From a virus: a stretch of DNA of 38,724 nucleotides. This document shows positions 33,531-38,724 of this stretch, piece after piece. Each line of letters begins with the position of its first letter. Position 1 is the first letter of the stretch. The stretch lies in the IMG/VR virus record IMGVR_UViG_3300027980_000019; one strand, 5' to 3'. Under the pieces are notes generated by a model, which did no database searches, was not told the origin of the DNA, and was given only the letters and a program-made list of their open reading frames with translations. Both the position numbers and the translations under genes were made by a program.

Positions 33531-33700
33531 CACTCATCTCCTTTAGGTAGCTCTACGCGCTCGCCAATGTAATCAAACCAATCAGCTTTATAGGGAAACT
33601 CGTTGCCAGGCAAGTAATACTCTTGGTCTTTCGGATAGTGCTTCGCAACGTGCCACCCGGTATTGTTACGGACATAAACGTAGTAGGGCATCATATCCAT
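33530..33700 (-). CDS. Unlisted 56-aa protein
   Basis: My own translation: MDMMPYYVYVRNNTGWHVAKHYPKDQEYYLPGNEFPYKADWFDYIGERVELPKGDE. GGAG RBS. TAATG and TGATG overlaps with its neighbours. Confidence 0.5.
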   Translation of the reverse strand: MDMMPYYVYVRNNTGWHVAKHYPKDQEYYLPGNEFPYKADWFDYIGERVELPKGDE

Positions 33701-33801
33701 TAGCACACTCCGTAATTAAGACAATCTTGGTAGGCCAGCTCGCTGGATATAACGAGCACGACAACGAGTAGAACGAACAGCGATAGTTTGTAAGAAGTCA
33801 T
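33700..33801 (-). CDS. Unlisted 33-aa hydrophobic (single-TM or signal-like) peptide
   Basis: My own translation: MTSYKLSLFVLLVVVLVISSELAYQDCLNYGVC. TAATG overlaps at both ends. Confidence 0.45.
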   Translation of the reverse strand: MTSYKLSLFVLLVVVLVISSELAYQDCLNYGVC

Positions 33802-34085
33802 TAGTTTGTCTCCTTAAAAATCCGCACAATCGCGTCGTATAGCGGGCTTTCTTCGTTTTCGCACACACCCTTCAGGTACTTCACTAACGCCCCGTCCATT
33901 GCATCTAGGTCGTCATCTGTGGCGTTGTCGTGAAACACGGCCATAAGCGCCTCTGGGTCGTCGTATAGCATTGCAGACACCGCATGTTCAGCATCTGCCA
34001 GCCGTTGTGCTTCCTTGCGCTCAGCCGCCTCTTCAGCGTCAATTGCGTCAAGTCTGCGTTTTTCTACCATCTCGTCATAGCTCAT
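33801..34085 (-). CDS. Highly acidic 94-aa protein, first gene of the leftward early operon
   Basis: GAGAGGG RBS. D/E-rich throughout (DAIDAEEAAERKEA, DDPEAL, ATDDDLDAMD, ENEESP). Confidence 0.65.
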   Translation of the reverse strand: MSYDEMVEKRRLDAIDAEEAAERKEAQRLADAEHAVSAMLYDDPEALMAVFHDNATDDDLDAMDGALVKYLKGVCENEESPLYDAIVRIFKETN

Positions 34086-34115
34086 GTTGTTGCCCTCTCG
34101 TTAATTTGTAGATTC

Positions 34116-34159
34116 ACTATACCGCCTCAAAAATAAACTTGTAGGACACAACGCGCCAA
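34116..34159 (-). promoter_or_regulatory. Class-I promoter-like motif, copy e (minus strand: TTGGCGC-N3-GTGTCCTAC-N19-TATAGT)
   Basis: The reverse complement of 34116-34159 matches copy d almost exactly. Drives the leftward operon. Confidence 0.6.
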
Positions 34160-34213
34160 TGTGCTAGATTACTTTCATCCCCTGGCCACCCGGCCACCTG
34201 CTCAAATGAGCGC

Positions 34214-34235
34214 GCCCCTTAGTTGGGGCTTTTTT
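34214..34235 (+). terminator. Plus-strand rho-independent terminator in the divergent control region
   Basis: gcccc-ttagtt-ggggc followed by TTTTTT. Confidence 0.6.
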
Positions 34236-34246
34236 ATGCCTGAAAG

Positions 34247-34291
34247 TTGGCCCATTCTGTCCTACCATATGTCGGGCCTGCTGGCTAATAT
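34247..34291 (+). promoter_or_regulatory. Class-I promoter-like motif, copy f (TTGGCCC-N3-CTGTCCTAC-N20-TAATAT)
   Basis: Aligned with the other copies. Drives the rightward early operon. Confidence 0.5.
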
Positions 34292-34325
34292 GTGCTCATC
34301 AACTAACAACGGTGGGAGAATCCTT

Positions 34326-34655
34326 ATGAGTGATAACAAACCCAAGCGCCACACTTTAAAAGCCACAGAGCTGCGCACAATGAAAGAATGTGAGGGGTTA
34401 GGCGTTCAGGCCATGATGGAGCGGATGCCGTGGATGACCGAGATGCAAATCAGGCAGCACGCAAAGCGTCACGGAGTATCAGTTGTTAATAGGAGCAAGC
34501 CATACGGAGCAAAATACTCTGATGATGAAATAGCGGCTATCTGCGAGCTTAAAAGCACGGGCCTGGCGTGGGCTGAAATAGCTACAGCGTATAACACCAC
34601 TGTTACCAGCATTAAGAGCTGCGTAAAACGACGCTTAAGAAAGGGGGCGGCATGA
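34326..34655 (+). CDS. Putative DNA-binding regulator with a sigma-70 region-4 / LuxR-like HTH
   Basis: ATG 34326 has a GGGAG RBS, and the upstream part of track ORF 34161.. lies over promoter f. C-terminal SDDEIAAICELKSTGLAWAEIATAYNTTVTSIKSCVKRRL. Confidence 0.55.
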   Translation: MSDNKPKRHTLKATELRTMKECEGLGVQAMMERMPWMTEMQIRQHAKRHGVSVVNRSKPYGAKYSDDEIAAICELKSTGLAWAEIATAYNTTVTSIKSCVKRRLRKGAA

Positions 34656-34768
34656 TCACAGGCGGCTTTGGCTACACTTACGACATTGAAAGCGGACTAT
34701 TGCGCCGCTGGTTTATTGACAGAGACGGCGTTAAACGCTGGGTACACAATAAGGAGCAAGTGAAATGA
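34652..34768 (+). CDS. Unlisted 38-aa peptide
   Basis: My own translation: MITGGFGYTYDIESGLLRRWFIDRDGVKRWVHNKEQVK. ATGA overlaps at both ends. Confidence 0.45.
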   Translation: MITGGFGYTYDIESGLLRRWFIDRDGVKRWVHNKEQVK

Positions 34769-34959
34769 AAAAGAAACAAACACTACAAGACGCAGTTTAT
34801 GAAGCGCAACGCTTTATTGAGCGGGCGGAAAAGATTCTTGATGCTAAGGAGGATTACTGGATGCACAACAACGCCGCAGACCGTGGCGCACTTAACCGTC
34901 AGAGCATGGAGCTAACCCGCGCACTGGCTAAATACCGCAAAACGGATGCTTACGAATGA
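34765..34959 (+). CDS. Hypothetical protein
   Basis: 64-aa ORF with an AAGGAG RBS. Confidence 0.55.
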   Translation: MKKKQTLQDAVYEAQRFIERAEKILDAKEDYWMHNNAADRGALNRQSMELTRALAKYRKTDAYE

Positions 34960-35117
34960 AAATCGCAATATACATGGAGGTTTGCTAAACTAGTCACATA
35001 GCAAGGCGTGGAACCCAAGCTATAAGTAAGACCGTGGTGATATTGATATGGGCGAAAGGTAGGGCGAATCACCCGCTCTGTTCCACCCGAGTAGCCCACC
35101 TAATCAATGGTGAATCT

Positions 35118-35765
35118 ATGTTACCTGTAAGCAATCCAGAAAGTCAGACAATGAGCAGTCGCGATATAGCCGCGCTTGTTGAATCCCGTCACTCTGATGT
35201 AATGCGAACTATTGAGCGCCTTATCTCAAACGAAACAATTTCAGGGTATGCGCCAACGGCGTACACCCATGAGCAGAACGGACAACAGTATCACGAGTAC
35301 CTGATAGGCAAGCGCGATAGCTATGTCGTTGTTGCTCAGCTCTCCCCGCAGTTTACCGCCAGACTTGTTGACCGCTGGCAAGAATTGGAAGAGCAGGCAG
35401 CCCCGCAAATACCGCAAACATACTCAGAGGCACTACAACTAGCAGCGGATCAGGCAAAGCTAATCGAAGAGCAGCGGCCAAAGGTTGAGTTTGTCGATAA
35501 GCTCGTGTCACGCGATACGCTAATGAATGCGACACAGGTTGCCCAGAAGCTAGGGTTAAGCGCTGTTAAACTCAACCGTATCCTGGATGAGCTGGGTGGC
35601 GTCTACTCGAAGTCAGTGAAGCGTTCCCGGACGTTCTGCCAGAGCTGGGTAGAAAAGGGTTATGGCGAACTAAAGCAAACGCAGGAAGGCTACCCGCAAG
35701 CCCTGTTCACGCCCGCTGGTGAGGTTCGCATCTTTGAGCTTCTAACCAGTGAAGGTATTATCTAA
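35118..35765 (+). CDS. Rha-family regulatory protein fused to a KilAC/antirepressor C-terminal domain
   Basis: N-terminal SSRDIAALVESRHSDVMRTIERL (Rha pattern). C-terminal ...LMNATQVAQKLGLSAVKLNRILDELG...LFTPAGEVRIFELL (KilAC-like). Confidence 0.75.
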   Translation: MLPVSNPESQTMSSRDIAALVESRHSDVMRTIERLISNETISGYAPTAYTHEQNGQQYHEYLIGKRDSYVVVAQLSPQFTARLVDRWQELEEQAAPQIPQTYSEALQLAADQAKLIEEQRPKVEFVDKLVSRDTLMNATQVAQKLGLSAVKLNRILDELGGVYSKSVKRSRTFCQSWVEKGYGELKQTQEGYPQALFTPAGEVRIFELLTSEGII

Positions 35766-35769
35766 CCCA

Positions 35770-35797
35770 TTGCCCGCCTTCACTGGCGTGGTATAAT
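35770..35797 (+). promoter_or_regulatory. Sigma70 promoter with extended -10 (TTGCCC-N16-TGgTATAAT)
   Basis: Hexamers read directly. The -10 is a perfect TATAAT with an upstream TG. Confidence 0.6.
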
Positions 35798-35895
35798 CAA
35801 TGTGCGGCTAGGATTAGACGGCCATCTAATCTGAAGCCTACGTCTCCGGGCGCGCCGCATACTTCTTCAGGAGACAACAATTAGGAGACATCGCT

Positions 35896-36264
35896 ATGGC
35901 GAAGAAGAAAATCACGCCTAGAAACCGAACCATTGCGTTCATGAAAACCGACTTTTGTTGCTCTTATTGCGGAAGCAAGTTCAAAGATGACTTGTGGGAT
36001 GCATGCCTTGACCATGTTATCCCAGAGTCAAGAGGCGGCTCCAATAAGCATGAAAACCTAATTCCGGCTTGCAGGTCATGCAATGCATCGAAATCAACAA
36101 AGACACTAGACGAATACAGGCTTGTTTGCTGGGCTAGGAATGAGTTTCCTGATGCAAACTTGACGCTGAATCAGATTCAAACCCTTCTAAATCTTGGCGC
36201 CCTTGTGTGTCAGACAGAATATACGTCACACGCTTTCTATTTCGAGGGCAATCAAAATGATTAA
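35896..36264 (+). CDS. HNH endonuclease
   Basis: CSYCGSKF...DHVIPESRGGSNKHENLIPACRSCNASK. Confidence 0.85.
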   Translation: MAKKKITPRNRTIAFMKTDFCCSYCGSKFKDDLWDACLDHVIPESRGGSNKHENLIPACRSCNASKSTKTLDEYRLVCWARNEFPDANLTLNQIQTLLNLGALVCQTEYTSHAFYFEGNQND

Positions 36265-37258
36265 TGAGAAAGAAAAGCCGTATAGCTTCTGGCCATCAGA
36301 GGCAGTTCAGCATGGCATTGAAAAAGCCGTAATTTTATACAACCTACGATTTTGGCTAACAGTAAACAAGGCAGCCGGTAAGGAGAAGCACTACCACGAC
36401 GGCAAATGGTGGACATACAACACTGCAAAGGCTCTTGAGAACCTTATGCCGTTCTTTAATCGACGTTCAATATCAAGATGGCTGTCAGAGCTTGAGAAAG
36501 ATGGAGTCCTGCTTTCTGGGATGTTCAATAAGGTCGCCTATGACCGTACAAAATGGTACACAATACCCGCTGAGTTCAGTGATGACGCCATTGGACAAAA
36601 TGACCAAAGCATTGGACAGGATGACCAATCGAATGGCCAAGATGACCAATGGAATGGACAAAATGGCCAACCTATACCTGATTGTAATCCTGTTTCTAAT
36701 CCTGTTGATAATCTTACCCCGCCTACCGGCTCCGCGTCTGGCGACGCTGTAGGTTGTCAGGATAATTCAGACGAAACCACCAGCACTGATAAACCAGAAA
36801 CGGTTCCTCAGTCTAAAGAGCTGTTCGAGACTCAGACAAAACCAGAGGTCCCGCCTACTGACAAGACTATCAATATTCCGTTTGATGACTGGTGGAGAAT
36901 TTACGGCAAAAAGATTGACCGTAAGAAGTGCGAGCGCAAGTGGAACAAGCTGAGCAACAAAACCCGGCTGGCCATCATGGAACATACACCCAAGTACGTC
37001 CGTGCGACCCCTGACGCTCAATACAGGAAGAACCCATCTACTTACCTTAACTCTGAAACCTGGAACGATGAGCAGCTTCCTACGCCGTCACAAGGTTGGC
37101 CCAATCCGTCCTACCCAACAAACCAGAACCAGACTACAGTTGACGTAGATGCAGCGATGGCACCGAAAGCGGTCAGAAGGCAGGAATCAACGCCGGAGCA
37201 GCTAAAGCGGAACCAGGAGCAGGCTGCTAACCTGTTGAACATTTTTAAAGGGGATTGA
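36257..37258 (+). CDS. Replication initiator / replisome organiser (lambda O-like role) with internal iterons
   Basis: N-terminal winged-helix-like region (NTAKALENLMPFFNRRSISRWLSELEKDGVL), a repeat-encoded linker, and a C-terminal W..Y.KK..R...ERKW..L...YL....W pattern like the conserved phage replication C-terminus. Sits upstream of the helicase on the circular map. Confidence 0.6.
   Translation: MINEKEKPYSFWPSEAVQHGIEKAVILYNLRFWLTVNKAAGKEKHYHDGKWWTYNTAKALENLMPFFNRRSISRWLSELEKDGVLLSGMFNKVAYDRTKWYTIPAEFSDDAIGQNDQSIGQDDQSNGQDDQWNGQNGQPIPDCNPVSNPVDNLTPPTGSASGDAVGCQDNSDETTSTDKPETVPQSKELFETQTKPEVPPTDKTINIPFDDWWRIYGKKIDRKKCERKWNKLSNKTRLAIMEHTPKYVRATPDAQYRKNPSTYLNSETWNDEQLPTPSQGWPNPSYPTNQNQTTVDVDAAMAPKAVRRQESTPEQLKRNQEQAANLLNIFKGD
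36590..36673 (+). repeat. Four tandem 21-bp iteron-like repeats (candidate ori) inside the initiator gene
   Basis: attggacaaaatgaccaaagc / attggacaggatgaccaatcg / aatggccaagatgaccaatgg / aatggacaaaatggccaacct. Each has ATTGG..CCAAT dyad arms. Followed by an AT-rich stretch containing taatcctgtt twice. Confidence 0.65.
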
Positions 37259-37259
37259 T

Positions 37260-37919
37260 ATGAAAGTTTTAGTGGCGTGTGAGTATTCGGGGCGCGTTCG
37301 TGATGCGTTTATCGCTAAAGGACATGATGCGGTCAGTGTTGACCTTTTACCGTCTGATGAGCCGGGGCCGCATATTCAGGGGGATGTTCTGCGGGTATTG
37401 GGTGATGGGTGGGACTTAATGATTGCTCACCCGCCCTGCACATACCTGACGTGTTCGGCAGAATGGGCGTACAAAGAGCGTCACGAGATAAACAAAAAAC
37501 TATCGCCTGACAAACTTTACGGAGCAGAACGCAGAGCAGCCAGGGCTGAGGCATCTGATTTTTTTATGGCTTTGGCTAATGCGGACATCCCGCGAATAGC
37601 GATTGAAAACCCTATTGGCGTCATGTCATCCAGGTGGCGCAAGCCTGACCAGATTATTCAGCCGTATGAATACGGGGAAGACGCAAGCAAAAGCACTTGC
37701 CTTTGGCTTAAAGGGTTGCCGCCTTTAACACCAACCGAACGATTCCGTGGTCGTGTTGTTGAATGGCCGCGAGGAAGTGGAAAAATGGTCGAGCGGTTTA
37801 GCAATCAGACTGATAGCGGCCAGAGCAATCTGACGCCATCATCTGATCGCTGGAAAATCAGGAGTTACACCTACCAGGGGTGGGCTAACGCAATGGCAGA
37901 GCAGTGGGGATTGATATGA
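37260..37919 (+). CDS. Minimal C5-cytosine DNA methyltransferase-like protein
   Basis: 219 aa. ACEYSGRVRDAF (motif I-like), AHPPCTYL (motif IV PC-like), IAIENP (motif VI ENV-like) and a C-terminal GWANAMAEQW. No obvious target-recognition domain. Confidence 0.45.
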   Translation: MKVLVACEYSGRVRDAFIAKGHDAVSVDLLPSDEPGPHIQGDVLRVLGDGWDLMIAHPPCTYLTCSAEWAYKERHEINKKLSPDKLYGAERRAARAEASDFFMALANADIPRIAIENPIGVMSSRWRKPDQIIQPYEYGEDASKSTCLWLKGLPPLTPTERFRGRVVEWPRGSGKMVERFSNQTDSGQSNLTPSSDRWKIRSYTYQGWANAMAEQWGLI

Positions 37920-38191
37920 ACGACCAATGCAAGCACTGCGCTTATCGCGGTGACATCGAAACGTGTAGAGCCGCTGAATGTTTTACACATGAAAGCTTGT
38001 ACGCAATTCAACAGCAGCGCGAGCTAGACAAGGTGAAACAGCAGCGCGATGAGCTGTTAGCGGCAATTAAAGACCACAAGGCAAACCTTGGCCCAAACAC
38101 CAATGACAAATCTTGCGGGCACGAGTTCTTCTGTGTTTGCTCAGAAGATAGGCTGGCGAAAGCAATCAAAAGCGCGGAGGGTGAATTATGA
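37916..38191 (+). CDS. Hypothetical Cys-rich / coiled-coil protein
   Basis: ATG 37916 overlaps the upstream stop (ATGA). Sequence MNDQCKHCAYRGD...QQQRELDKVKQQRDELL. Confidence 0.5.
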   Translation: MNDQCKHCAYRGDIETCRAAECFTHESLYAIQQQRELDKVKQQRDELLAAIKDHKANLGPNTNDKSCGHEFFCVCSEDRLAKAIKSAEGEL

Positions 38192-38520
38192 ATATAGTAG
38201 ACGAATTAAGAGCACAGGCCAATCAGGACCCGCTAGATGCGGATTTGACGATGTTTGATGTTGCTGCTTCTAAGATAGAAGAGCAGCAGGCGCACATTGC
38301 GCGCTTGCGGGAGACTCTATTGAATCTAGAGGAGGCAGCAGAATATGCAGCCGATGCACATGGGCTTGGGGTATACGCCGATTTGTGCGAACAAGCTGGC
38401 GCAGCGTGCCGAGTGCTTGATGAAACCCCGTCGCAGTCGCTGGAGGCGTTAAATTACCGGGTTATGCGCAAACCGTCCTATGGCCAGGGCGGGGAGTGTG
38501 GTTTTATAACCCCAAGCTAA
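38188..38520 (+). CDS. Ea22-like coiled-coil protein (paralogous motif to gene 7304)
   Basis: LDETPSQSLEAL motif, compared with LDETPAQSLEAV in the 7304 gene. Confidence 0.5.
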   Translation: MNIVDELRAQANQDPLDADLTMFDVAASKIEEQQAHIARLRETLLNLEEAAEYAADAHGLGVYADLCEQAGAACRVLDETPSQSLEALNYRVMRKPSYGQGGECGFITPS

Positions 38521-38538
38521 CCGGAAAGGAATGTAGAG

Positions 38539-38724
38539 ATGATCAATAGCGAAGAACGGAAAGACAAGTCTGAGTTGAGCGCCTTGTTAGCTGTAAATGC
38601 TGATAAAACAGTGGGCGTGATAATTACGCAGTTTATGCTATTTATGCAGCAAGAAGGTATATGGCCTTGTCATCAGTTTATCGGTGACGATCCACAGCCA
38701 TTAACGCCAGATGAAGCAATGAAA
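38539..38724 (+). CDS. 5' part of the junction-spanning small hypothetical ORF (continues at 128-166 on the circular map)
   Basis: ATG 38539 with an AAAGGAA RBS. The frame runs off the window end into the duplicated 127 bp. Confidence 0.5.
   Translation, partial: MINSEERKDKSELSALLAVNADKTVGVIITQFMLFMQQEGIWPCHQFIGDDPQPLTPDEAMK
38598..38724. repeat. Exact copy of 1-127 (end overlap)
   Basis: Identical 127-nt string at both window ends. Confidence 0.95.

Noticed and set aside
36590-36673. The tandem 21-bp repeats as a CRISPR array or a slippage artefact
   Set aside because: The units are contiguous with no spacers. They are imperfect, in frame and inside a coding gene. This pattern fits iterons or a repeat-encoded linker, not a CRISPR array.
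38455-38538. A possible eighth class-I promoter copy (GCGC-aaa-CCGTCCTAT ... TATAAC) at the end of gene 38188
   Set aside because: The box carries mismatches. The spacing to the nearest -10-like hexamer is about 23 nt instead of 18-20, and the site lies inside coding sequence.

Overview
The window is a complete, circularly closed tailed-phage genome. There are 38,597 unique bp, and bases 1-127 are repeated exactly at 38598-38724, so one small ORF spans the junction. Nearly all genes are on the + strand. They run from an early/replication module (34.3 kb, through the junction, to about 9.1 kb) into a late module (about 10.7-31.9 kb).

Early module: Rha/KilAC antirepressor-like protein, HNH endonuclease, an O-like initiator with internal iterons, a minimal C5-methyltransferase-like protein, Ea22-like proteins, DnaB helicase, ERF annealase, YqaJ exonuclease, SSB, dUTPase, Lar-like protein, a DUF1367-like protein and NinG.

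Late module: membrane/holin-like proteins, TerS/TerL, a P22-like portal with a C-terminal barrel, scaffold, major capsid protein, an FN3+SGNH esterase, gp4-like and gp10-like tail adaptor proteins, two beta-helix tailspikes sharing an N-terminus, a GNAT-like protein, three ejection-type proteins and an M15 endolysin.

The only leftward block (34085 down to 31881) is a tightly coupled accessory operon: acidic protein, two micro-ORFs, YopX, HNH, DUF1353 and a Zn-ribbon protein. No integrase, CI-type repressor, tRNA or CRISPR array was seen.

The most unusual content is non-coding:
- a ~225-nt structured, terminated RNA candidate (9165-9387) sitting where lambdoid phages carry Q/PR'/6S;
- a ~600-bp ORF-free, promoter-driven, highly structured region (10103-10714) ahead of the late genes;
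- a 7-copy phage-specific promoter-like motif with no -35 element;
- two late-type promoters sharing an identical 13-mer in their spacers.

All functional calls come from reading the translated motifs by eye. No database search was run.
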